Shown here: positions 22,307-35,870 of the stretch, piece by piece
Layout of the letters: each line of letters begins with the position of its first letter
How positions within the stretch are numbered: the stretch's first letter is position 1
Assembly: GCA_002269645.1 (NCBI GenBank)
Contig: NIVC01000073.1
Span: forward strand, 682,001 to 746,000
Source: Macrostomum lignano
Lineage: Eukaryota
Reading direction: 5' to 3'
Length of the DNA stretch: 64,000 nucleotides
Notes under the pieces: model-generated
The model's input: the letters and a program-made list of their open reading frames with translations, nothing else
Told to the model about the DNA's origin: nothing
Database searches by the model: none
Made by a program: the position numbers and the translations under genes

Positions 22307-22441
22307 AAAACGAATGATTTTATTTAGTAAACAGCTTCAACTGAGAAATTCAAATTTATTTACAGTATAACGGACACTTAAGTACGTTGACGGATCATAA
22401 AGTGTGCGTGAACGATGTTTTACCCAACTAATTTTAATACT

Positions 22442-24046
22442 TTAAAACAGGTTCTTTCCTTCAGCATCTTCGGAATGCAGCAGGCGGTCCCCATCCTTCG
22501 AGTCCTGACTGGTTGATGCAGCCTTCCTGATTGGCGGCAGACGGCGGGGCGGCGGGCGCTGCTGGTGGCTCAGCTGCACCGCCTCCGTCGAAACGGAGAG
22601 GACGCGTAATTGCTGCTGCTGCTGATGATGAAAGTCGAAGGTGTCACCTGACTTGTTGGCTGTGAAGAGTTTTCTGTAGAATATGGAGAGTAAATATGGC
22701 TATAGATTAGCAATCCATTCTGTTCCTTCACCCAGCAGATATGGCTATAGATTAGCAATCCATTCTGTTCCTTCACCCAGCAGATATGGCTATAGATTAG
22801 CAATCCATTCTGTTCCTTCACCCAGCAGATATGGCTATAGATTAGCAATCCATTCTGTTCCTTCACCCAGCAGAAATGGCTATAGATTAGCGATCCATTC
22901 CGAATGCCCACCCCTCACACCATGCTCACCTGCTCTCTTCCTGCTGCTCACTCGGCCAGATGTCCCGCTCCCGCTGTCGCGGTCATCGCAGGCCTCCTGC
23001 CATTCTCCGTCGCTAAAAAATCGACCTCGATGCGGCTTTCTATTTTTTATAGAAAGAAACCATTAGAAAATAAACATAAAATGTATATTTTTTCAGAGTT
23101 TATATTTTTATAAGGATAATAGGAAGAGCATCTGCAGGAGAGCATACAGGGGGCGCCAGTTACATAGAGGCTTCAGCAAAATATGCTATACTCAGTTAAT
23201 ATGGCGCGCCTGGTCCTGGCACCCCTGGTGCTAAATCCTCTGGTGCTAAAGCCCCCGGTGCTAAAGCCCCTGGTGCTAAATCCTCTGGTGCTAAAGCCCC
23301 TGGTGCTAAAGCCCCTGGTGCTAAAGCCCCTGGTGCTAAAGCCCCTGGTGCTAAATCCTCTGGTGCTAAATCCTCTGGTGCTAAAGCCCCTGGTGCTAAA
23401 TCCTCTGGTGCTAAAGCCCCTGGTGCTAAATCCTCTGGTGCTAAATCCTCTGGTGCTAAAGCCCCTGGTGCTAAATCCTCTGGTGCTAAATCCTCTGGTG
23501 CTAAAGCCCCTGGTGCTAAATCCTCTGGTGATAAATCCTCTGGTGCTAAAGCCCCTGGTGCTAAATCCTCTGGTGCTAAATCCTCTGGTGCTAAAGCCCC
23601 TGGTGCTAAAGCCCCTGGTGCTAAATCCTCTGGTGCTAAATCCTCTGGTGCTAAAGCCCCTGGTGCTAAAGCCCCTGGTGCTAAATCCTCTGGTGCTAAA
23701 TCCTCTGGTGCTAAATCCTCTGGTGCTAAAGCCCCTGGTGCTAAATCCTCTGGTGATAAATCCTCTGGTGCTAAATCCTCTGGTGCTAAATCCTCTGGTG
23801 CTAAAGCCCCTGGTGCTAAAGCCCCTGGTGCTGGCGCCCCAACAAAAATCCTGACCCCGGTCCCATAACACCCTCAGCTTACTTGTCCACAGTTGCATTG
23901 GCAGTCTGGTATTTCTTTGACCTGGGTGTCAGCGGTCCGAGCAGCTTGAGGCTCTGCTGTGCCTGTTCTGTCAGTTTGGAACTTCTTGACAAATCTCCAA
24001 GTTCGCACTTGGATTTGGAAACGGCAGGGCGGATATTTTTGTCCAT
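22442..24046 (-). CDS. Unknown protein, 3 exons, ~154 aa
   Basis: Exons 24046-23883 (MDKNIRPAVS..., donor AA|GTAAGC), 23012 (or 23039)-22930 (donor G|GTGAGC), 22659-22442 (...DTFDFHHQQQQQ...GKNLF-stop); phases match; AATAAA at 22355-22360. Confidence 0.55.
22695..22900. repeat. 45-bp tandem repeat, ~4.5 copies
   Basis: ATATGGCTATAGATTAGCAATCCATTCTGTTCCTTCACCCAGCAG. Confidence 0.9.
23205..23835. repeat. 15-bp minisatellite (CTGGTGCTAAATCCT / CTGGTGCTAAAGCCC)
   Basis: Two interleaved variants. Confidence 0.92.
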
Positions 24047-24789
24047 TGTAGGGTTTGGTTAGTGTGAAGTAGGATGGGGCAGTTCACTTGGGCAGTCTAT
24101 AGCTGCAGATATTCTACAATGCATTTATTCTTCACTCATCCAAGCCATTGTCTAATTAAGCTCATTCTGCCCAGCATCAGCTGGAAGTGTACACTAGAAA
24201 ATTAGGGATGAAATTATACATCTTTCCCTAAAAATGGTCAGTCACCACAACTTGCGTACACTTCACTCCAAATTGTGACTTCTCATCCCTCTTTCGCAAA
24301 GTTTTTGTTGTCGTTGCTATCCAAACAACCAATGACTAATTATCTGGGCCCTGGACAGAGCATAAAAAATTAATATCGGGATTTTTAATGAAAAACTTAT
24401 ATCAATTTGTATCGAGTATATTACTGTTAGTAGTTTAACTGTTGTTTTACGAGTTTTTTTTGCAATATTTGCTCAGGTGTTATTAGTTGTACCTGTTTAA
24501 AATTGTTCAATAATTTTATGCTGTCTCGTTTTAGTCCAACTAACCGATTTTTTTATAGATAATAATTTCTAGAAAACATAATATTTAAGTGAATAATATC
24601 GTATATATACACTAATACACGAAAACTCGTAGTTTTTAGATGAATAGATTTTTATGTCATCGAGATATCTAGTCATCTAGACACTGAGATATCTAGTTGT
24701 TAGGACATTAAGATTACATCTAGTCATCTCGATATCTAGATTACTAAGATATCTGGATGTCTAGATGTTTCGATATTTCGATTTCTACA

Positions 24790-25470
24790 TGATTAGATAC
24801 TTCAATGCCTAGATGATTAGATATTTCATGGCCTAGATGATTAGACATTTCGATTTCTACATGATTAGATACTTCAATGCCTAGATGATTAGATATTTCA
24901 TGGCCTAGATGATTAGACATTTCGATTTCTACATGATTAGATACTTCAATGCCTAGATGATTAGATATTTCATGGCCTAGATGATTAGACATTTCGATTT
25001 CTGCATGATTAGATACTTCAATGCCTAGATGATTAGATATTTCATGGCCTAGATGATTAGACATTTCGATTTCTACATGATTAGATACTTCAATGCCTAG
25101 ATGATTAGATATTTCATGGCCTAGATGATTAGATATTTCATGGCCTAGATGATTAGACATTTCGATTTCTACATGATTAGATACTTCAATGCCTAGATGA
25201 TTAGATATTTCATGGGCTAGATGATTAGACATTTCGATTTCTACATGATTAGATACTTCAATGCCTAGATGATTAGATATTTCATGGCCTAGATGATTAG
25301 ACATTTCGATTTCTACATGATTAGATACTTCAATGCCTAGATGATTAGATATTTCATGGCCTAGATGATTAGACATTTCGATTTCTACATGATTAGATAC
25401 TTCAATGCCTAGATGATTAGATATTTCATGGCCTAGATGATTAGATATTTCGATTTCTACTTGATTAGAT
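24790..25470. repeat. 72-bp higher-order repeat (3 x 24 bp, CTAGATGATTAGA core)
   Basis: 24-aa periodicity in the artefactual ORF 24744-25376. Confidence 0.9.
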
Positions 25471-26084
25471 ATCTCGATGTCTAGATGCTCAGAAAGTCTG
25501 GTGTCCAGATGTCCGCACTAGATATCTAAATTCCTAAATAACTATTTAGGAATATCTAGAAGTCTAGTGATGCGAATTTTAAGATAATAAAGTATTTCAA
25601 TGCATTGAAATTCCTCTCTGCCCCTAAAAAATTGTTATAAATTTATTTCTGCGGTCACACAGGGTTTGGTTGGCACAATGCCAAGTAAGGAAAATACCCA
25701 ATAGTGCCTAGATAAAAATGTTTACCCAAATTTAAATGTGTCAGAGTGAACTAAATCATGATAATCTAGCTAGATGTAATCACACGGAGCACGTTTTTTC
25801 ATTGCAATCTTTGTTTCCATGAAACCTATTGTTTAAGTACGTGTCTACTCACAGCGATCTTCAGTCAGAGTGCGAATGTTGCTGCTTATAAACAGTTAGT
25901 CTGGATGCATGACTGATTTTTCCGAAAGAAAAAAATAGGACTACAAAAAATATAAATTTGCTCAGGCTAAATCACATGACAGCAACTTCAATGCCGTCAT
26001 TGTGGGACGGGCCGACATTGTTGGGCAAGAGTGGCGGGCATGCAGCTGAGGCATGACCGCGAAACACAAATATCTAGACATTGA

Positions 26085-27480
26085 GAGTCCCAGAGTGCCA
26101 CACAGTCCCAGAGTGCTACACAGTCCCAGAGTGCCACACAGTCCCAGAGTGCCACACAGTCTGACAGTCCCAGAGTGCCACACAGTCCCAGAGTGCCACA
26201 CAGTCCTAGAGTGCCACACAGTCCCAGAGTGTCACACAGTCCCAGAGTGCCACACAGTCTGAGAGTCCCATGCAGAGTCCCATAGAGATCCACAGTCTGA
26301 GAGTCCCATGCAGAGTCCCATAGAGATCAACAGTCTAAGAGTCCCATGCAGAGTCCCATAGAGATCCACAGTCTGAGAGTCCCATGCAGAGTCCCATAGA
26401 GATCCACAGTCTGAGAGTCCCATGCAGAGTCCCATAGAGATCCACAGTCTGAGAGTCCCATGCAGAGTCCCATAGAGATCCACAGTCTGAGAGTCCCATG
26501 CAGAGTCCCATAGAGATCCACAGTCTGAGAGTCCCAGAGTCCCATAGAGATCCACAGTCTGACAGTCCCAGAGTCCCATAGAGATCCACAGTCTGACAGT
26601 CCCAGAGTCCCATAGAGATCCACAGTCTGAGAGTCCCATGCAGAGTCCCATAGAGATCCACAGTCTGAGAGTCCCAGAGTCCCATAGAGATCAACAGTCT
26701 GAGAGTCCCATGCAGAGTCCCATAGAGATCCACAGTCTGAGAGTCCCAGAGTCCCATAGAGATCCACAGTCTGACAGTCCCAGAGTCCCATAGAGATCCA
26801 CAGTCTGACAGTCCCAGAGTCCCATAGAGATCCACAGTCTGACAGTCCCAGAGTCCCATAGAGCTCCACAGTCTGACAGTCCCAGAGTCCCATAGAGATC
26901 CACAGTCTGACAGTCCCAGAGTCCCATAGAGATCCACAGTCTGACAGTCCCAGAGTCCCATAGAGATCCACAGTCTGACAGTCCCAGAGTCCCATAGAGA
27001 TCCACAGTCTGACAGTCCCAGAGTCCCATAGAGATCCACAGTCTGACAGTCCCAGAGTCCCATAGAGATCCACAGTTTGACAGTCCCAGAGTCCCATAGA
27101 GATCCACAGTCTGAGAGTCCCAGAGTCCCATAGAGATCCACAGTTTGACAGTCCCAGAGTCCCATAGAGATCCACAGTCTGAGAGTCCCAGAGTCCCATA
27201 GAGATCCACAGTTTGACAGTCCCAGAGTCCCATAGAGATCCACAGTCTGAGAGTCCCAGAGTCCCATAGAGATCCACAGTTTGACAGTCCCAGAGTCCCA
27301 TAGAGCTCCACAGTCTGAGAGTCCCAGAGTCCCATAGAGATCCACAGTTTGACAGTCCCAGAGTCCCATAGAGCTCCACAGTCTGACAGTCCCAGAGTCC
27401 CATAGAGATCCACAGTCTGACAGTCCCAGAGTCCCATAGAGATCCACAGTCTGACAGTCCCAGAGTCCCATAGAGCTCCA
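26085..27480. repeat. 18-bp then 34/38-bp minisatellite (CAGTCCCAGAGT core)
   Basis: 18-bp units 26085-26260, 38/34-bp units thereafter. Confidence 0.92.
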
Positions 27481-28176
27481 CAGGGTAAGGTTAAGTCCAG
27501 ACAAGTTCGTAAAGCTTTCTGCACCAGATTGCAGCTTCTTTATCTACTCGAACATTTTTCAAATGCGGTCAATCGCCACTTTTGACCCAGCAACTGCAAG
27601 TGGAAAATTTCTCAATTATTTCGAGCCTCGTTCTACGAGCAATTAATTTGTAGACAAAGCAAAAGCTGATAAAAGGTCGAGTTGAAATATGTTCATTCTG
27701 AGATCATGTTTACACTCCGAATTTCACCTTTGACTGGCTCTAACTCTCTAGTAGTTATTCGGGTTCAAACCACTTTTGAGCTGTTTTAAAAATAGAAGCG
27801 GCTGCCAAAATCCATTGACCTTCTTTGGAACATCTGTAAGTTTTTTTTAATTTTTGTTTAAACGTTAACACCGGCCCCGACAATCCCAGTCCGTCGCTCT
27901 TTTTTGATGAAGCCTTGAAACCTGGCACTGCGCATCGCAGTCCGCCTGATTGTCAGCCCCCCTTCTGGCCAATCCGAGGCTGTGCCTGATGAAGACCGGT
28001 TGCGGCCCCCTCCCAGCCTCCGCCTGGCCTGGGAGGTCCGCCAGTTTCTGGCCGGAATTCTTGATATAAATTCAGAAGAGCGATGACGGCTGGTTGTCAA
28101 CGAAAACTCTGACTATTGGATCAGTTTCCTAAAAGATTAAAAAAAACTAATCCAGTTAGTTCATCAAGTCTAAGAC

Positions 28177-30732
28177 ATGTCTAGCTACTGTGCTGGTAAC
28201 TCTCTGGGCGCCATTGCTAGCGGATGTCACGTGCAGCTGGCGGGATACAACATCTACGAACGGAGATGGACACCACAGGGGCCCCGGTGAGATTTGTTAT
28301 TGTTTGTTTTATGTTGGTACATTTCCCCGCCCAATAATCTCACTTAGACCCAGACTTCTGATGTCATTTAGTCCCTGATTCTTAGAATCCCAAAAAACGT
28401 TTAGCTCCAAAATCCTACAGTCCCGAGGTTCAATAGACCTGAGGTCCCGCAGTCCCGAGGTCCCGCAGACCCGAGGTCCCGCAGTCCCGAGGTCCCGCAG
28501 TCCCGAGGTCCCGCAGTAATCTAAAGCCCTCACTGAACCATCTCGCGCACAGGCGCCAGGAGCTGGTGTTTCTGTGTCACGGATTCGCCGAGCACTGCGG
28601 CTATTTTCACCAGCTGGCCGAACCGCTGGCCGCAGCCGGTTTCCTCGCTGTCGGACACGACTTCTGTGAGTTTTGTCGGTCATGTTATTAATTAAAATTT
28701 GTACGCAAAAAGTACGCACTATGGTTCGCTCTGTCTAACAACAATAGAAGCCACAAGCTGCATGGCTATTTATAGAGCTGTAAATATTAAAAAAACTACC
28801 TGACTAAAAAAATAAACCATTTTACATTTCAGACGGCCACGGCCTTAGCGAGGGCAACGTGAACCAGCTGCGGTCTATCGACACCCTTGTGGATGTGGCT
28901 GCTGCTCATTTGGCAAAACTGAAGCTGGAATTCCCGGACTGCATCGTCTACGGAGTTGGGTATTCCATGGTTAGTATGCCTTATATAGTGCCTGTTCAAG
29001 TAAATCCGGCTAAATATTACCCAATCTATCCAAGCATTACCCAGTCTATCCAAGCATTACCCAATCTATCCAAGCATTACCCAATCTATCCAAGCATTAC
29101 CCAATCTATCCAAGCATTACCCAATCTATCCAAGCATTACCCAATCTATCCAAGCATTACCCAATCTATCCAAGCATTACCCAATCTATCCAAGCATTAC
29201 CCAATCTATCCAAGCATTACCCAATCTATCCAAGCATTACCCAATCTATCCAAGCATTACCCAATCTATCCAAGCATTACCCAGTCTATCCAAGCATTAC
29301 CCAATCTATCCAAGCATTACCCAATCTATCCAAGCATTACCCAATCTATCCAAGCATTACCCAATCTATCCAAGCATTACCGTATCTATCCAAGCATTAC
29401 CCAATCTATCCAAGCATTACCCAATCTATCCAAGCATTACCCAATCTATCCAAGCATTACCCAATCTATCCAACCATTACCCAATCTATCAAGCATTACC
29501 CAATCTATCCAAGCATTAGCAATCTATCCAAGCATTACCCAATCTATCCAAGCATTACCCTATCTATCCAAGCATTACCCAATCTATCCAAGCATTACCC
29601 AATCTATCCAAGCATTAGCAATCTATCCAAGCATTACCCAATCTATCCAAGCATTACCCTATCTATCCAAGCATTACCCTATCTATCCAAGCATTACCCT
29701 ATCTATCCAAGCATTACTAAATTATCTACCGTAAATGTACCCAACCGATTGCAAAACAAACAACACTCCCAGGGCGCACTGGTACTGCACCGAATGTGCG
29801 GCCGGAGCCCGCAGCCGCCCCTGTCAGCCATGGTGTGGCTGTCACCCGCTCTGCAGCCGGCGGGCATGAAGCTGACGAAGCGCAGAGTGCAGCTCAGCAA
29901 GTGGCTGCTGCCGCGACTTCCGAATCTGCCGCTGCCCGGTGGCCGATTCCGACCGGAAGATCTCACCAGGAGCAAGGAGACGGTATGGGATGCTTACAAT
30001 ATGCCTATCAATAACACAGTCTGAGTGTCCCAGGGTGCCACACAGTCTGAGAGCCCCAGAGTGCCACACAGTCCCAGAGTGCCACACAGTCCCAGAGTGC
30101 CACACAGTCCCAGAGTGCCACACAGTCCCAGAGTGCCACATAGTCCCAGAGTGCCACACAGTCCCAGAGTGCCACACAGTCCCAGAGTGCCACACAGTCC
30201 CAGAGTGCCACACAGTCCCAGAGTGCCACACAGTCTGAGAGTCCCAGAGTGCTACAGTCTGACAGTCCCAGAGTGCCACACAGTCTAAGAGTCCCAGAGT
30301 GCCACACAGTCCGAGAGTCCCAGATCAGACCCTGCTCGATCCCCTTGCTACCGTGCCAGTAGTTCAAATGAACATGACGCGGCAGTACAACAAAAGTGCC
30401 CCAACCAACTGCAGCAGGAGCAGCTGCACACGGACACCAGCATCAAGCAGCGCGTGCTGTACACTCGGGTGTGCGCCTGGATGCTGGAAGCTATGCTAGC
30501 AACCCAGCCGGGCTCCATCACTCTGCCAACTCTGCTCATCACGGGCACAGCCGACCGCATCGCCGATCCGGCTCGATCTGCCGCTTTTGTGGCCGCCGGA
30601 CAGGCCCTGGGCAAACCGGTGACTGGCCGGGCTTACCTGGGCGCCAGGCACCAGCTGCACACTGATTTGCCTACGGTTGGCGTCAAGCTGCACCAGGACC
30701 TCATGCAGTGGTTTGCAGCCAGTCAGGATTGA
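28177..30732 (+). CDS. MGLL-like: Monoglyceride lipase-like alpha/beta hydrolase (Hydrolase_4 type), 5 exons, 295 aa
   Basis: Exons 28177-28286, 28553-28665, 28833-28969, 29773-29982, 30415-30732 (888 nt, phases consistent). YERRWTP, FLCHGFAEH, HDFYGHGLSEG, nucleophile GYSM|G, GTADRIA, GARHQLH. Confidence 0.9.
29015..29715. repeat. 20-bp minisatellite CCAATCTATCCAAGCATTAC
   Basis: Fills lipase intron 3. Confidence 0.93.
30015..30320. repeat. 18-bp minisatellite CACAGTCCCAGAGTGCCA
   Basis: Same unit as 26085-26260; fills lipase intron 4. Confidence 0.92.
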
Positions 30733-31499
30733 CAGACTGGTAACAATTGAGTCACTGAACACTGAACAAATGACTCTTTTAGGCAGTCAGGATCCTCGTT
30801 TTTAGACGCGTTGCAGCTGACTTCATGATTACTTATTTGTCATTAACTCTTCTTCATCATAATGTCATTAAAGCATTAATCGAGAGCTGCTGAGATGTCA
30901 TGACTCAATGGGGGAGTTGCTGAGATGCCATGGCTCAATGGGGAGCTGCTGAGACGCCAATTGGCTCAATGGGGAGTTGCTGAGACGCCATGGCTCACCA
31001 GATGTCACATGCAGGATTTTATGAAACAATTTACCCAAACTTGCTTATCTTGTCTAAAATGAGGATTCAGAGGACTTATCGCTCGTCTTATTTATACCTT
31101 TGGCAAAACAGGATATTCCAGATATGCTATTATTTTAAACAATTTTTAATGTTTCCTCTTTTTACTGTGTATAAATTTAGCTTTCTATCAATCTCATTGC
31201 GCTGATTATTGATTCGAGCTCTCACTCTGCGTCATCTGTTTGTATTTCTATCTGTAATCGCAGCATTTTTTCGCAAAGTCATTATTTTCTAACTCCTATT
31301 TACACCGCGTGCTTATTTGTGATCCCATTCTTCTGCGTGTAAAGACTTTTGCATATTATTTTATTCTCTATTTTTTTGACAACAGCACAGGATGAATGCG
31401 ACGAAAAATAAACGCTGTATGAAACTAGCCAGTTGTTTTCAGTCTGAAAAACACGGTACTGATTGCCAACCTTGCTATCCGTGGTCTACTGATCCGCCT

Positions 31500-32510
31500 C
31501 TGATCCGTTCTCTACTCGTCCCAATCCGTTCTCTACTCGTCCTAATCTGCTCTCTACTCGTCCTAATCTACTCTCTACTCGTCCTAATCTACTCTCTACT
31601 CGTCCTAATCCACTCTCTACTCGTCCTAATCTACTCTCTACTCGTCCTAATCCGTTCTCTACTCGTCCTAATCCGTTCTCTAATCGTCCTAATCTACTCT
31701 CTACTCGTCCTAATCCACTCTCTACTCGTCCTAATCCGTTCTCTAATCGTCCTAATCTACTCTCTACTCTTCCTAATCCACTCTCTACTCGTCCTAATCC
31801 GTTCTCTAATCGTCCTAATCTACTCTCTACTCTTCCTAATCCACTCTCTACTCGTCCTAATCCGTTCTCTACTCGTCCTAATCCGTTCTCTACTCGTCCT
31901 AATCCGTTCTCTACTCGTCCTAATCAGTTCTCTACTCGTCCTAATCCGTTCTCTAATCGTCCTAATCTACTCTCTACTCTTCCTAATCCACTCTCTACTC
32001 GTCCTAATCCGTTCTCTAATCGTCCTAATCTACTCTCTACTCTTCCTTATCCACTCTCTACTCGTCCTAATCCGTTCTCTACTCGTCCTAATCCGTTCTC
32101 TACTCGTCCTAATCCGTTCTCTACTCGTCCTAATCAGTTCTCTACTCGTCCTAATCCGTTCTCTAATCGTCCCAATCTACTCTCTACTCGTCCTAATCCG
32201 TTCTCTACTCGTCCCAATCTACTCTCTACTCGTCCTAATCCACTCTCTACTCGTCCTAATCCGTTCTCTACTCGTCCTAATCCGTTCTCTATTCGTCCTA
32301 ATCTACTCTCTACTCTTCCTAATCCACTCTCTACTCGTCCTAATCCGTTCTCTATTCGTCCTAATCCACTCTCTACTCGTCCTAATCTGTTCTCTACTCG
32401 TCCTAATCTACTCTATACTCGTCCTAATCCGTTCTCTACTCGTCCTAATCTACTCTATACTCGTCCTAATCCGTTCTCTACTCGTCCTAATCTACTCTCT
32501 ACTCTCTACT
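31500..32510. repeat. 21-bp minisatellite CTCTACTCGTCCTAATCCGTT
   Basis: Tandem array with variants. Confidence 0.92.
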
Positions 32511-33164
32511 CGTTTAAATTCGCTCTTTACTCATTTTAAATAGGCTCTTTACTCATTTTAAATAGGCTCTTTACTCCTCTAATTCTTTCTCGATTTGTTT
32601 AAATTCGCTTTCTACTTTTCCAATTTGTGTCTACTCGTCAAATCCGCTCTCTTCTCGCTGAAATCAGCTCTCTATTTGTCCAATCCGCTCTCTACTCAAT
32701 CAATCTGCTTTCTACTCTTTTTTAAATCCGCTCTCTACTCGTCTAACCCACTCTCTACTTCTAAAACGGTGAAACGGTGTACTACTCGTGAATGCCCGAG
32801 GAGGACGTTGAGTGAAAGTATAAGTTCTTTCCGTTTCTTCACTTCTCTGGTCCAACTCCGCGGCTGAGAACTCGCTTTCTATGTTCAAGAAAATGTCTTC
32901 ACTATTCTGTGAAAAAGAATAAAGTTGTATTGCTTTGTGTGAAATAATGTAAAACTGATGAATTTTGGTAATTACTGAGAGCTCAGCTTATCCACAATGA
33001 GGCACTCTAGGTCTGAGTGGATTTACAGTGCATAGACGAGCATAAATCGGTCAATTTCGTCACGAGCTAAAAATAGGCTGCAGTTTATTGGCAACGGAGT
33101 TTTGTTGGGGGGGGGCGGTCTGTTACTGAAAAGCATTCATATGCTACCTATCGAAGCACAAAGG

Positions 33165-34150
33165 AGACGGAGGAGAGAAGGAGAGAGGGAGAGGGACAGG
33201 AGAGAGGGAGAGGGACAGGAGAAGGAGAGGGAGAGGGAGGGACAGGAGAAGTAGAGAGGGAGGGACAGGAGAAGGAGACAGGGAGAGGGAGGGACAGGAG
33301 AAGGAGAGAGGGAGGGACAGGAGAAGGAGAGAGGGAGGGACAGGAGAAGGAGAGAGGGAGGGACAGGAGAAGGAGAGAGGGAGGGACAGGAGGAGAGAGG
33401 GAGAGGGATGGACAGGAGGAGAGAGGGAGAGGGAGGGACAGGAGGAGAGAGGGAGAGGGAGGGACAGGAGGAGAGAGGGAGAGGGATGGACAGGAGGAGA
33501 GAGGGAGAGACAGGAGGAGAGAGGGAGAGGGAGGGACAGGAGGAGAGAGGGAGAGGGAGGGACAGGAGGAGAGAGGGAGAGGGAGGGACAGGAGGAGAGA
33601 GGGAGAGGGAGGGACAGGAGGAGAGAGGGAGAGGGAGGGACAGGAGGAGAGAGGGAGAGGGAGGGACAGGAGGAGAGAGGGAGAGGGAGGGACAGGAGGA
33701 GAGAGGGAGATGGAGGGACAGGAGGAGAGAGGGAGAGGGAGGGACAGGAGGAGAGAGGGAGAGGGAGGGACAGGAGGAGAGAGGGAGAGGGAGGGACAGG
33801 AGGAGAGAGGGAGAGGGAGGGACAGGAGGAGAGAGGGAGAGGGAGGGACAGGAGGAGAGAGGGAGAGGGAGGGACAGGAGGAGAGAGGGAGAGGGAGGGA
33901 CAGGAGGAGAGAGGGAGAGGGAGGGACAGGAGGAGAGAGGGAGAGGGAGGGACAGGAGGAGAGAGGGAGAGGGAGGGACATGAGGAGAGAGGGAGAGGGA
34001 GGGACAGGAGGAGAGAGGGAGAGGGAGGGACAGGAGGAGAGAGGGAGAGGGAGGGACAGGAGGAGAGAGGGAGAGGGAGGGACAGGAGGAGAGAGGGAGA
34101 GGGAGGGACAGGAGGAGAGAGGGAGAGGGAGGGACAGGAGAAGGAGAGAG
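33165..34150. repeat. 26-bp polypurine satellite (GACAGGAGGAGAGAGGGAGAGGGAGG)
   Basis: ~1 kb almost purely purine on the + strand. Confidence 0.93.
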
Positions 34151-34749
34151 GAGAGAGAGGAACAGTTGCAGTTTGGAAAGTTAAAATCTTCTAATTATAT
34201 TTAAACTCCCGGTACAATCAGTAACTAATTAATCGTATTTTCAGTTAACCTAAGCCTGCCAACAACATAGGGGGGGGGGGTACTGGACCTCATTCCTAGG
34301 GCAGAGTTCCGCAGGAGTTGAGATCAAATGGAGGGGGGTTAGACCATGGGGCCAAAGGTGCATTGATCAAATGTATCAGGCCTGGCCGAGGGGCCTGGGA
34401 GTCAGGAGTCATAAAATATGACTGCCAGCGCTACAGGTGGAGTACAGCTGCCCTGGCTATAGATAGACTCCCGGGTTGATTCTCTCTCCCGTTTTAAAAA
34501 TAATTCCCACAAGAGTCTGTCCAGGGTCAGTTAGTGGGGTTGGACTGACGGAGGCATGCTGGGCTGAATCAATGACAATGCAGGTCTTCATGAGCGCAAA
34601 ATAACGTGCGTAATTTAGTCTCGGGCGCTTGTTTAGCACCAGGGTCGCCAGCACCAGGGGCTTTAGGTACTGCTGGGATGTCAGATGCTTTTGCAAGCCG
34701 GTTAGGGTGTGTGGGGTCATGATTAGAGTCATCGAAATGGGTTTATGGA

Positions 34750-35870
34750 TTGTGAGTGACTGGGATTGTGAGTGACTGAAATTGTGAGTGACTGGGATTG
34801 TGAGTGACTGGGATTGTGAGTGACTGGGATTGTGAGTGACTGGGACTGTGAGTGACTGGGATTGTGAGTGACTGGGACTTTGAGTGACTGGGATTGTGAG
34901 TGACTGGGACTGTGAGTGACTGGGATTGTGAGTGACTGGGACTGTGAGTGACTGGGACTGTGAGTGACTGGGACTTTGAATGACTGGGATTGTAAGTGAC
35001 TGAGATTGTAAGTGACTGAGATTTTGAGTGACTGAGATTGTGAGTAACTGAGATTGTGAGTGACTGAGATTGTGAGTGACTGAGATTGTGAGTGACTGGG
35101 ATTGTGAGTGACTGAAATTGTGAGTGACTGGGATTGTGAGTGACTGGGACTGTGAGTGACTGGGATTGTGAGTGACTGGGACTTTGAATGACTGGGATTG
35201 TAAGTGACTGAGATTGTGAGTGACTGGGACTGTGAGTGACTGGGATTGTGAGTGACTGGGACTGTGAGTGACTGGGACTGTGAGTGACTGGGACTTTGAA
35301 TGACTGGGATTGTAAGTGACTGAGATTGTAAGTGACTGAGATTGTAAGTGACTGAGATTGTAAGTGACTGAGATTGTAAGTGACTGAGATTTTGAGTGAC
35401 TGAGATTGTGAGTGACTGAGATTGTGAGTAACTGAGATTGTGAGTGACTGAGATTGTGAGTGACTGAGATTGTGAGTGACTGAAACTGTGAGTGACTGGG
35501 ACTGTAAGTGACTGGGACTGTGAGTGACTGGGACTGTGAGTGACTGGGATTGTCAGTGACTGGGACTGTGAGTTACTAGGACTGTGAGTTACTCGGACTG
35601 TGAGTGACTGGGATTGTCGTCAGTGACTGGGACTGTGAGTGACTGGGACTGTGAGTAATTGGGACTGTGAGTGACTGGGACTGTGAGTGACTGGGACTGT
35701 GAGTGACTAGGATTGTGAGTGATTGAGAGTGTCAGTGACTGGGACTGTGAGTTACTTGGACTGTGAGTGACTGGGACTGTGAGTGACTGGGACTGCAAGT
35801 GACTGGGATTATGAGTGACTGGGACTGTGAGTTACTTGGACTGTGAGCGACTGGGACTGAAATGATAGGG
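34750..35870. repeat. 16-bp minisatellite GTGAGTGACTGGGA(T/C)T
   Basis: Tandem array. Confidence 0.92.

Noticed and set aside
27980-33000. Hammerhead ribozymes at CTGATGA motifs (e.g. 27986, 32956)
   Set aside because: No stem II/GAAA/stem III arrangement follows any of them.
34457-34732. 91-aa minus-strand ORF as a LINE or host gene
   Set aside because: No recognisable motif, and neighbouring sequence has stops in all frames.
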